A stretch of DNA of 64,000 bases, from assembly GCA_964512095.1 (NCBI GenBank), contig CAZEIH010000001.1, positions 126,091 through 190,090 of the forward strand. The letters run 5' to 3'. Shown here in pieces: positions 17,751 to 26,032 of this stretch; position 1 is the first letter of the stretch, and each line of letters starts with the position of its first letter. Made by a program: the position numbers and the translations under genes. The notes beneath the pieces are model-generated. The model was not told the origin of the DNA and did no database searches. It saw nothing but the letters and a program-made list of their open reading frames with translations. Origin of the DNA: an uncultured Oscillospiraceae bacterium. GTDB taxonomy: Bacteria > Bacillota > Clostridia > Acetivibrionales > DTU013.

Positions 17751-17860
17751 TATCTCACCCCCTTTGACCCTGTCCTCTTGCTAATGTATATTGCGGCTTG
17801 GGTGGTTTTATTCCCCTTATTTGGGCGAGCTGTATCTTTGTAAATAAATGGATTTTCCAT
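17750..17860 (-). CDS. Small basic ORF (36 aa)
   Basis: MENPFIYKDTARPNKGNKTTQAAIYISKRTGSKGVR. Strong RBS GGGAGGAAAACT before the ATG. Its stop overlaps the next GTG start (TAGTG). Confidence 0.35.
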   Translation of the reverse strand: MENPFIYKDTARPNKGNKTTQAAIYISKRTGSKGVR

Positions 17861-18015
17861 AGTTTTCCTCCCTATTCGGTTATCTACTATGAAATATCCA
17901 CACGCTCTGTCGCTTAGATTCGGCTAAAACCACCCATGATTAGACCGCCATACATACACGATTAGATGGCTAAATGACGTTCTGCAACAATTCCTAGAAC
18001 ACCAACGACCAAATT

Positions 18016-18394
18016 TTATCCCCCGGCACAACACTTCACAGATAGCAGTTTCCCATTGGCCATCATAAACACTTCAGGATATTTGAACATTTCCAGATAC
18101 TTGCTGGCCAACTCATCTGTAAGACCTTTAAAAATTTTCGCTATCTGGCCTTGCCAAGCAGATAAAGAACGTGCCTGCTATGATTTCATATAAATCGCCC
18201 TTGTCATCGGCAAGTCTCCTGTTTAAGTCCAGCCCATTTATTTTTCCTTCCTCGTTACACACAATTGCTACATGGTCAGCAAAAGGATAGATCGCCTCAA
18301 TATAGCCACCTACAACCTTTTGCATGGCCTTAAGCCCCGAATCTATCTGCCTAATCTCTGCCACCTTGTTTGGCTCTACATAAACCACTTTCAC
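18016..18394 (-). pseudogene. DUF3846-like gene, frameshifted
   Basis: GTG start at 18394 with RBS AGGAGGGG. VKVVYVEPNKVAEIRQIDSGL...AGTFFICLARPDSENF stops at 18128. The expected C-terminus KGLTDELASKYLEMFKYPEVF... continues in the +1 frame to 18016. The shift lies in an A/T homopolymer run. Confidence 0.55.
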
Positions 18395-18618
18395 ATAACC
18401 CCTCCTATACCGACAGCTTACATATTTATCCACCAACTTTAGAACCCCTTGGGTCACTTTGGGTCAACATTGGCACCAAATCCATACCTAATCCTTAGAA
18501 CCACCCTAAACCCCTTTTAAAACCCCTTGGGTCAACCCTGGACACTACTCAAACCATACTTGCGACAACCGACAACCTCCATATTCGCAAAATACATTTT
18601 CCTCGGTTGCGATATGTA

Positions 18619-19194
18619 TCACATCTGATTTTTAAGAATCTCCAAGCAAAGCGGGTCTATGTCGCTTTCTTGGATTCTAGTAACTTTGAGCACCATCCGA
18701 TCAATCCCAGAATCAACAATGGAATAATAACTGCCGTTAAAACAGTACCCGGTGCCGTCAAAAATAATATGGGGGATATCCATACAGCTCAAAACCTCGG
18801 ATAAACTGTCACAATTATCCGTGATGGGGAAGAAGTCTCCAATGTCGTCAAATTCAAATTCCGGCTCTTTTTCCTTTGCTGGCTGATCGGAATCATCGTC
18901 ACCGCAGTATAATTCACCAATATGCTCGTCTGCATAGAGTTGATTATTCCGCTCACTTTTGATGAAACGGTTTACCATCTCTTCCATCTGGGATATTTGA
19001 TATGCTATATCGCTGGCCAGCTTTTGATCATCCAAGCTAAACCTTGTATAGTCAAACACATATCCTTTTCCTGTAATCTGATTTAATATTTTCGCACATA
19101 GAATTAAATCTCTGTTATAGTTCTTCATATGGCTATTAACCATATTTTTGATTGCTACTTCAATTGTTTTCTGCTTCTCGATCATGCAGCACAC
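18619..19194 (-). CDS. Hypothetical protein (acidic middle region)
   Basis: 191-aa ORF with no recognisable domain. Its start may be the internal MIEKQK. Confidence 0.45.
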   Translation of the reverse strand: MCCMIEKQKTIEVAIKNMVNSHMKNYNRDLILCAKILNQITGKGYVFDYTRFSLDDQKLASDIAYQISQMEEMVNRFIKSERNNQLYADEHIGELYCGDDDSDQPAKEKEPEFEFDDIGDFFPITDNCDSLSEVLSCMDIPHIIFDGTGYCFNGSYYSIVDSGIDRMVLKVTRIQESDIDPLCLEILKNQM

Positions 19195-19381
19195 CCGCCT
19201 CTCTTAATTCTTTAAGTTTTCTGCCCATGGCACATTGACTGAATCCCTGCATTCTGGCTAAATCCTTGACCTTGACTCCCTCGTTGCGAAGTTTAACCAG
19301 CTCATGATTAGTCAGTTTCTTCCTGCCTGGGTCTACACCGCCAACCAATTCAATTAGGATCCTGCAAATATGATTGGTCAT
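19160..19381 (-). CDS. Small helix-turn-helix protein (sigma-70 region-4-like)
   Basis: 73 aa. LTNHELVKLRNEGVKVKDLARMQGFSQCAMGRKLKEL resembles an HTH. Confidence 0.45.
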   Translation of the reverse strand: MTNHICRILIELVGGVDPGRKKLTNHELVKLRNEGVKVKDLARMQGFSQCAMGRKLKELREAGVLHDREAENN

Positions 19382-19497
19382 TTTTCACCGTTGATTTGAT
19401 GTCAGCGATGGGGAGTTTCTATTTTTGTTTCATGTACCAGAATTTCTGTACCTTCCTTCCTCGTTCTTGAAGTAAATTGAATTTTCCATGAACTGTA

Positions 19498-19526
19498 TTG
19501 ACATTTTTACTCTAACCAGTTAGACT
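19498..19526 (+). promoter_or_regulatory. Sigma-A-type promoter for the blaI/blaR1-like operon: TTGACA, 17-nt spacer, TAGACT
   Basis: TTGACA at 19498-19503 and TAGACT at 19521-19526. Directly followed by the repeated ACTCTAT half-sites, a possible operator. Confidence 0.45.
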
Positions 19527-19566
19527 CTATGTGTACTCTATTGCATTAGAGAAAGGAGCGGTTAAT

Positions 19567-19941
19567 ATGGAAACACCTAAAGTATTTGAGAGCGAATATC
19601 GCTTTTGTCTTATTCTGTGGGAGCACGAGCCTATTGGAAGCGGCGAGCTTGTAAAGCTGTGTAAAAAGCAGCTTGACTGGAAGCCAACCACCACATATAC
19701 GGTCATCAAACGCCTTTCCGAACGTGGTATTCTGAAAAACGAAAACTCAATCGTATCTTCGTTAATTTCAAAGGATGAAGTGCAGGCTGCCGAGATCGAT
19801 GAGCTTGTGGAAAAGAAATTTGAGGGTTCTCTACCGGCTTTTATCACTGCATTTACAAAGCACCAGCAAATTTCAGATAAGGAGATCGATGAAGTACAGA
19901 AAATGATTGACCGATATAGGAAGGGGAATCGCAATGGCTGA
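19567..19941 (+). CDS. BlaI/MecI/CopY-family transcriptional repressor
   Basis: Winged-helix N-terminus (LILWEHEPIGSGELVKL...TTTYTVIKRLSERGIL) and a C-terminal dimerisation helix. RBS AAAGGAG before the ATG at 19567. Its stop overlaps the next gene start (ATGGCTGA). Confidence 0.8.
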   Translation: METPKVFESEYRFCLILWEHEPIGSGELVKLCKKQLDWKPTTTYTVIKRLSERGILKNENSIVSSLISKDEVQAAEIDELVEKKFEGSLPAFITAFTKHQQISDKEIDEVQKMIDRYRKGNRNG

Positions 19942-21796
19942 TATATTCTTGAAATTTATCAACATGAGCATATCCGCAAGCTGGCTTGTGCTTGTTGTTG
20001 TCATTCTAAGATTATTACTAAAAAAGGCACCAAAATGGCTGAACCCTGTGCTATGGGGAATCGTCGGTCTCCGGCTCATTTTGCCCTTTTCCATTGAAAG
20101 CATCCTGAGCCTGATCCCCAGTGCTGAAACAATCAGCCCGGAAATTATTTACTCTCAGGAGCCAGCAATCCATAGTGGTATTCAGGCATTAAACAGCGTG
20201 GTCAATCCCATCATTATGGAATCTTTTACCTCTAATCCTACGGCCAGTATAGATCCATTGCAAATATGGATTCCAATAGCTGCTATTGTTTGGACTGTTG
20301 GTATCGCCGCCATACTTATCTACACGATTATCAGTTATCTGCATCTGAGCAGGCTGGTAAAGACTGCTGTGTTGCTCCGGGATAATATTTATCAGAGTGA
20401 AAATGTTGTATCACCCTTTGTACTCGGCATACTGCGCCCCCACATCTATCTACCATTTAATATGAACGAGAAAGATATAGCTCATGTGATTGCTCATGAA
20501 CAAACGCACATCAAGCGGCGCGATCACTGGATTAAGCCATTTGGCTTTTTAATGCTTGCTTTGTACTGGTTCAATCCTGTGTTGTGGGTGGCGTACATAC
20601 TTCTCTGTCGGGATATTGAGCTTGCCTGTGATGAGGGAGTGATTAAAGAATTGTGTGCAGATCAGCGAGCGGATTATTCGGATGCTCTACTTTCATGCAG
20701 TGCGCCACGACGTATGATTGATGCATGTCCGCTTGCTTTCGGAGAAATTGGTGTGAAAGAGAGGGTGAAAAACGTGCTGAATTATAAAAAGCCTGCGTTC
20801 TGGCTTATTATCGTTGCTGTTGTCATCTGCATCGTCGTAGCTGTGTGCTTTCTAACAAATCCAAAGAAGGCTCCGATCTCTTTAGGCACTATTCAGATAA
20901 CTTGGGCAAATGCATTGGATATGAGATCCAACGAGCCGACATCGTACAAATTGAATGGCGCAGAGCTTGGTGAACTAAAAGACCGTCTGCGGGATTTGGA
21001 GATTGGCAGAAAAAATAATGATTATGGCGGTTTTACGCCTGTGTATTCGCTGTCAATAAAAGCGCAAGGCATGGAGCAATTCATGATTGCAAGCTACAAC
21101 AGCGACGGCACTCATGTAGGTTTGAGGTATGAGGGTGAATATTACCGCATAGAAGATAACGATTTTTCAAGATACCTCAGCAACATTTGTGCTGGGGGCA
21201 ACAGAGCTGAAGCACTCGGTAATAAAATCAAGTTGTCTCTCGATGATGTAATTATGCTTTCTCAAAAAGGTGAAGATCTTTCGTGGGAAGATTTTGAACA
21301 ATTTTCTTATGTGGAAACCGGCTCTGGCCTCTATATCCATGTTTATGAAATCAATCCTTTGTTATCACTTTGGATAGGTGGAGGCAATCTCGACAATGAG
21401 CCAATGTATATCAGCCTTTGCATCAATACGGAGCCAGAGGATGCCATAGACATTCGAACAGAAGATTTAACCGCTTTTATCAGTAAGCATAGAGATGATC
21501 TACCGGAAGCATTTATCTCCCGTATATACAGATTCAACGATTCAGAGGACTTTATAAAAACCGCTGAGGTTGTTCTTAATAAAGATGAGACTTTTACCTT
21601 TAATTTTTCGCCTATCAGCAGTTATCTCGGACATGGTACTTATAAGATCGATGGTAATAGACTGACTTTGAATACAGATGATGGATATTATACCTATGTA
21701 TTTGACATGGTAGATGATACACTTGTTTTCGATGCCGATGCTTCCTCAGAACAGGTTTGGTTTTCTGGCATAACGGATGGTTCGGTGTTCAAGTAA
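19934..21796 (+). CDS. BlaR1/MecR1-like M56 metallopeptidase signal transducer with an unrecognised C-terminal sensor domain
   Basis: N-terminal TM helices, zinc motif HEQTHIKRRDH, then a further TM and about 300 aa extracellular region with no SxxK penicillin-binding motif seen. Confidence 0.75.
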   Translation: MADIFLKFINMSISASWLVLVVVILRLLLKKAPKWLNPVLWGIVGLRLILPFSIESILSLIPSAETISPEIIYSQEPAIHSGIQALNSVVNPIIMESFTSNPTASIDPLQIWIPIAAIVWTVGIAAILIYTIISYLHLSRLVKTAVLLRDNIYQSENVVSPFVLGILRPHIYLPFNMNEKDIAHVIAHEQTHIKRRDHWIKPFGFLMLALYWFNPVLWVAYILLCRDIELACDEGVIKELCADQRADYSDALLSCSAPRRMIDACPLAFGEIGVKERVKNVLNYKKPAFWLIIVAVVICIVVAVCFLTNPKKAPISLGTIQITWANALDMRSNEPTSYKLNGAELGELKDRLRDLEIGRKNNDYGGFTPVYSLSIKAQGMEQFMIASYNSDGTHVGLRYEGEYYRIEDNDFSRYLSNICAGGNRAEALGNKIKLSLDDVIMLSQKGEDLSWEDFEQFSYVETGSGLYIHVYEINPLLSLWIGGGNLDNEPMYISLCINTEPEDAIDIRTEDLTAFISKHRDDLPEAFISRIYRFNDSEDFIKTAEVVLNKDETFTFNFSPISSYLGHGTYKIDGNRLTLNTDDGYYTYVFDMVDDTLVFDADASSEQVWFSGITDGSVFK

Positions 21797-21825
21797 GATG
21801 TATAAACAAGCAGGTATTGATGAGG

Positions 21826-22160
21826 TTCGAAAAGTCGGAACATACCGGAAGGATCTCATCATACTAGACTTTCAAAGCCTCCATACACCTGTAATGGCTG
21901 TGAGGATAAAAGATCTTGCACGTTGGAAAAGAGGGTCTACTCTGCGGTTCATGCACAAAGAGAATACGAGGCAGTCCGTTCCGAGTCTCGTCAAGGGTTA
22001 CAGCTTACAGAGGAAGAGGCTTTGAGACTAGATTCACTTATTAGCCCTCTGCTAATGAAAGGCCAGTCACTCCACCATATATGTGCAAACCATGTAGATG
22101 AGATTATGCTCAATGAACGCTCTCTTTACAACTACGTGGATGATGGCATTTTTGCAGCAC
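21826..22160 (+). pseudogene. Transposase remnant (IS30-like family, uncertain), truncated at both ends
   Basis: Encodes ...LSKPPYTCNGCEDKRSCTLEKRVYSAVHAQREYEAVRSESRQGLQLTEEEALRLDSLISPLLMKGQSLHHICANHVDEIMLNERSLYNYVDDGIFAARD and then diverges. There is no start, no DDE domain and no terminal repeats. Confidence 0.5.
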
Positions 22161-22282
22161 GAGATACCATCTACAATACGGTTTCCTGTGGAATTTACTT
22201 TTGCAAACTGGAAGTTACCTTTTCAATTGACCCTTGCGCGACAACACTTTTTACAATACCTTATAATTTTGAATACTTTCGC

Positions 22283-23632
22283 CTAATATTTTGACCGTTC
22301 CAACGCCATCCCAATAATCTTATCCGCATGATCCGCCATAAACAACGGAATATTCAGCAGGTCATCATCCATGCGCAGGTTATTCAGTGAAAAGCGAACA
22401 CGCAGCTTTACCTTATCTTCAAATTTTTCCTTGTACTTTTTAAGGCTCCGGCTTTCCACATTGCTCTCGGATTTAACCTCTACCGGCAAAATGTCATTTT
22501 CTCTTTGGATAAGAAAATCAACCTCATACCTTGGGTTATCCATTGTCCAATAACGTGGCATAGCTTCAAACTGGTTTTGTAACGCTTGCAGGACATAATT
22601 CTCACTTAAAGCCCCTTTAAACTCTACAAACAGCCTATTACCTTCACCAAATGCCGAGGGAGCTAATAGAGATAATCTACGCAATAATCCTACATCGACC
22701 ATATATAGTTTAAATGCAGACAAATCGTCATAGGCGGAAATAGGCAGCCCCGGTGCGGTGCTGCGGTATATCTTATAAGTCAAGTTGGCATCACAAAGCC
22801 ATTGCAGAGCATCTTCGTATTCCCTCGCTCTGGCTCCTTCCTTGACAACCTTATAAATAAACTTTTTATTTTCCCTTGCCAGTTGTGAAGGGATTGATTT
22901 CCATATCATTGAGATTTTCGGAAAATCCTTAGGATCAGGGTGCTTGGCAAAATCTCTTTCGTATGCGCCTAAAATATTGGATAGCACCTGCTGCATCAGC
23001 TCCACATCTCGGTCTTGCACCCAAGAGCGAACAGACTCCGGCATACCGCCTGTTACAAAATACATTTTAAGCTTTTCGTATAATGGATTGAAAAACGCCT
23101 CGGGAATCGGCTCAATCCTGTCCACGCTTTTCATATAATCAGCAAAGTTACCGTCGCCATTGGCCATTAAAAACTCCGTAAATGTCATTGGCATAATTTC
23201 TAAAAAATCCACCTTGCCAACTGGAAAAGATGCTGGCTTAGACAATGCAATGCCCAAAAGTGATCCTGCGCAGGCTACATGGTAGTGAGGCGTGTTCTCG
23301 CAGAAATACTTCAGTGTGTTCAGTGCGTTAGGGCATTCCTGTATCTCATCAAAAACAATGAGCGTGTCCTCCGGATTGTCTTGTTTGATGACTTCTCCGC
23401 TGGCCATCATCAGATTTTGCAGAATACGCTCCACATCCTTGGTGCTTTCAAAAAACTGTTTATATTCTGGATGCTCGTCAAAGTTGAAATAGGCCATATT
23501 TTCATAATGGCGTTTTGCAAATTCCTTGAGTAGCCAAGTCTTGCCCACCTGACGCACCCCTTTTAAAATAAGGGGTTTTCTATATTTGGAGTTTTTCCAG
23601 TCCAGCAGTTTTTGCATAGCCAGTCTTTCCAT
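22283..23632 (-). CDS. AAA ATPase with DUF4143-type C-terminal domain (copy 1)
   Basis: Walker A GVRQVGKT and Walker B LIVFDEIQ. The likely start is MERLAMQK (23632) after RBS GGAGGTGG. About 25 substitutions versus copy 2, by eye. Confidence 0.8.
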   Translation of the reverse strand: MERLAMQKLLDWKNSKYRKPLILKGVRQVGKTWLLKEFAKRHYENMAYFNFDEHPEYKQFFESTKDVERILQNLMMASGEVIKQDNPEDTLIVFDEIQECPNALNTLKYFCENTPHYHVACAGSLLGIALSKPASFPVGKVDFLEIMPMTFTEFLMANGDGNFADYMKSVDRIEPIPEAFFNPLYEKLKMYFVTGGMPESVRSWVQDRDVELMQQVLSNILGAYERDFAKHPDPKDFPKISMIWKSIPSQLARENKKFIYKVVKEGARAREYEDALQWLCDANLTYKIYRSTAPGLPISAYDDLSAFKLYMVDVGLLRRLSLLAPSAFGEGNRLFVEFKGALSENYVLQALQNQFEAMPRYWTMDNPRYEVDFLIQRENDILPVEVKSESNVESRSLKKYKEKFEDKVKLRVRFSLNNLRMDDDLLNIPLFMADHADKIIGMALERSKY

Positions 23633-23929
23633 ACCGCCACCTCCAAGATAACACATTATTATACAACTTTTGCGTATGATAATCACATTTATATTGATAA
23701 GTATAGCTGAAATTCAAATTCTAGTCAAGAGTAATCACACTATTATATGAAATAGATAGATAAAAATCACATAATCGTGTAATTTTACTCTATAGTCTTT
23801 AACATAACAAAACCTGCCCCGATAAACAAGGCAGGTTTTGCTTACTTTCATGTATTCTTAATTTCAGCTTTTAAGCCGCATATTCAAACACCCAATGCAA
23901 CCGACACTGACTGTTACTACTGTTTGTAC
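22295..23929. repeat. Direct repeat copy 1 (right-end module of unit 1: ATPase gene, upstream region, hairpin, att arm)
   Basis: Collinear with 36353-38030. High nucleotide identity through the ATPase gene and lower identity in the upstream region. Similarity starts at CCG(T/C)TCCA...GCCATCCCAATAATC. Confidence 0.8.
23809..23839. terminator. Symmetric hairpin AAAACCTGCC-N11-GGCAGGTTTT (bidirectional terminator-like), copy 1
   Basis: Perfect 10-bp stem flanked by an A-run and a T-run. Lies 25 nt downstream of the rec2 stop. An identical hairpin is at 37900-37930. Confidence 0.6.
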
Positions 23930-25585
23930 CGTTGTTCCTATCGGTGTCGGTGTTTTCTTGCTTTTTAATGCTCTGCCTTTTATAGTGCGTCTGACTTCTG
24001 CATCGCAGTCGCTCTCTAGTATTATAGGAAAGAACAGGCCATTAATCTCGTCATCTACTTTAAAGTATACATGCAACTCGCTTGCACTTATGACTCTGAT
24101 TTCCTTAACCACACTCCTAAGACCATTATTTGTAAGACCATCTTTAAACGAAAAACTATCAAAGTTGCGAATAAAACCTTTAACATTTTCTTTGACTTTA
24201 CGTGTGAGTTCGGCGGTCACATCCTCTGCGTGAAGTATGGTTGATATACGCTTGATGTCAGCATCTAAGGCTGCCATATCCTTCTCGCCCTCATCCATAC
24301 CAATCATACCTTTTTTCACCATAGTTTTGACACGCTCACGCTGTGCTTGTAAGTCTTTCAGTTCTTTGTTCAACTCATTAAAATTCAGCCCTGTGGCGTT
24401 TTTGAGGTACTCTTTGATTACATCACTACACTTAGCCTCAATCAGCTTAAAAAAGGCTTCACGGTCTTGCACTAAACTGTCAAATAAAAGAGTTAAGCCT
24501 CTGAGAACATCTTCTTCTTCCACTCTTATATGCTCTGCTGTACACCTTGCACTACCATAAGCCTGTCGCTTACTGCACACCCACCAATAGTAGTACGGTC
24601 CCGTCTCACTATACTTACGCTGATAGCGTCTATACCCGCCACCACAGGAGGTACACTTTAATAGGTTTGAAAGGGTGTGGTCCTCACTACGGCGTGAAAT
24701 CTTTCGATGCCCGTGTTCATCAGATGGAAATTTCTCTGCGTTCTCTTCTATAATCCGTTGTGCTTTCTCAAATTGCTCATCAGATATGATACGAAAATCA
24801 GGTCTTTCTGTAACAAACCAATCTTCTGTATCCATCGTTACGCGTTCGCCCGTATAAATGGACTTTACATTCTCCTTGTTATTTATAATAAGCCCTGTAT
24901 ATAAGCGGTTTTTTAGTATACATGAAACAGTATGTTGAGTCCAGTTATAGTTGGGTTCACCGTTCTTTTTCTTTTTTGTTACTACTCGGTTCTTATATAA
25001 GAAGTCGGCTATACGGCTCATTCCCATATGCTCTACTGTATATAAATCAAATATCTTTTTGACCCAGTAGGCATCCTTATCTGGTTTTAAAGTATATTTA
25101 TCAACACGCTCATAGCCAAAAACGAAGTTAGGCACTATCCCTTTTTTCTTACTGATGTTTTTACCGAACTTGACACGCTCACTCATTTTTTCAGACTCGT
25201 TTTCTGCCAATAAAGCCATTATACTGAGTGATAAGGAATCCACATCTTTACCTTTCTCGCCCTGACCGGCTAAGTGTAGTTTAATCCCTAACCCGTCCAA
25301 CAACTCTCTCGTAAAGGTTATATAATCGAGTTGATTTCGGAATAACCTTGATATTTCCTTTGCGTAAATCTTTTGATAACACCCTTTTTTACCATCACTT
25401 ATTAACCTCTGTAATTCCCTTCTATTTTTGGACTTAGTTGCACTCATACCCTCATCGCAGTATATTTCAACTAACTCGTCACCCCGGTCTGCTATGTATT
25501 TCTCAAAGAACTCCCGCTGGTTCTTCAGCGACAGGGCTTGTTCTTCTTTATTTGTACTAACCCTTATATACGCAACAGCCCTCAT
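23864..25585 (-). CDS. Large serine recombinase (rec2)
   Basis: 573 aa. AVAYIRVSTNKEEQ catalytic motif and a zinc-ribbon (CTSCGGGYRR...WWVCSKR...C). Roughly half the residues are identical to rec1 by eye. The ORF spans the internal attP-like site. Confidence 0.9.
   Translation of the reverse strand: MRAVAYIRVSTNKEEQALSLKNQREFFEKYIADRGDELVEIYCDEGMSATKSKNRRELQRLISDGKKGCYQKIYAKEISRLFRNQLDYITFTRELLDGLGIKLHLAGQGEKGKDVDSLSLSIMALLAENESEKMSERVKFGKNISKKKGIVPNFVFGYERVDKYTLKPDKDAYWVKKIFDLYTVEHMGMSRIADFLYKNRVVTKKKKNGEPNYNWTQHTVSCILKNRLYTGLIINNKENVKSIYTGERVTMDTEDWFVTERPDFRIISDEQFEKAQRIIEENAEKFPSDEHGHRKISRRSEDHTLSNLLKCTSCGGGYRRYQRKYSETGPYYYWWVCSKRQAYGSARCTAEHIRVEEEDVLRGLTLLFDSLVQDREAFFKLIEAKCSDVIKEYLKNATGLNFNELNKELKDLQAQRERVKTMVKKGMIGMDEGEKDMAALDADIKRISTILHAEDVTAELTRKVKENVKGFIRNFDSFSFKDGLTNNGLRSVVKEIRVISASELHVYFKVDDEINGLFFPIILESDCDAEVRRTIKGRALKSKKTPTPIGTTVQTVVTVSVGCIGCLNMRLKS
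23899..23951. other. Internal attP-like dyad site at the unit 1 / unit 2 junction
   Basis: AACCGACACTGACTGTTACTACTGTTTGTACCGTTGTTCCTATCGGTGTCGGT, with outer inverted repeat ACCGACAC/GTGTCGGT. 38 of 53 positions match the attP reconstructed from the element-side arms of attR plus attL. Confidence 0.6.
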
Positions 25586-25687
25586 AACATCAATCCTCTC
25601 CGTTACATTTGCATAATTAAAAGCACCCGATAAAACCTCACAGAGAGAATTATTTCAGATGCCTCCTGCTTGTTACAATGCATAATA

Positions 25688-25807
25688 TCACGCTGTTTCT
25701 GAGATTTGTATTGCTTCGGCCGACTCAGCCACTATCTTTCGAGCGATATTTAGTGCAAGAGTCTCTGCTATCTTTTGTAGGATGTCATCGGGTAGTTTGA
25801 CCTCCAT
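25688..25807 (-). CDS. Small ORF (39 aa from the ATG), homologous to the small ORF upstream of rec1
   Basis: MEVKLPDDILQKIAETLALNIARKIVAESAEAIQISETA. The same frame stays open upstream (…KRISIRYNANGQGVKG) with no canonical start, and that stretch resembles the 36-aa ORF of unit 1. Confidence 0.35.
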   Translation of the reverse strand: MEVKLPDDILQKIAETLALNIARKIVAESAEAIQISETA

Positions 25808-26032
25808 ACCTTTGACTCCTTGTCCATTTGCGTTATACCTTATGCTTATTCTCTTTTTAGCTTGTTTATGTTTGTTAAATTGCTTTATAGTAACCGCAGT
25901 CCTTCTTGTCTTAATGACCTGTTTGTCATTGTGCCTAACCGGCTCTAAGCTCTTTATTTATGCATAAAAATGTTGGAGAGCTAAAATTTATCTCTTTAGC
26001 CACCCCAACATTAATTATAGAACCAATATATA

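Noticed and set aside
17883-17910. Sigma-K-like promoter (AC, 17 nt, CATAGTAGA) upstream of the 36-aa ORF
   Set aside because: It only partially matches the consensus. A sigma-K dependence would also be circular, because sigma-K production requires SpoIIID in the model organism. It is kept only as a hint inside a finding, not as a feature.
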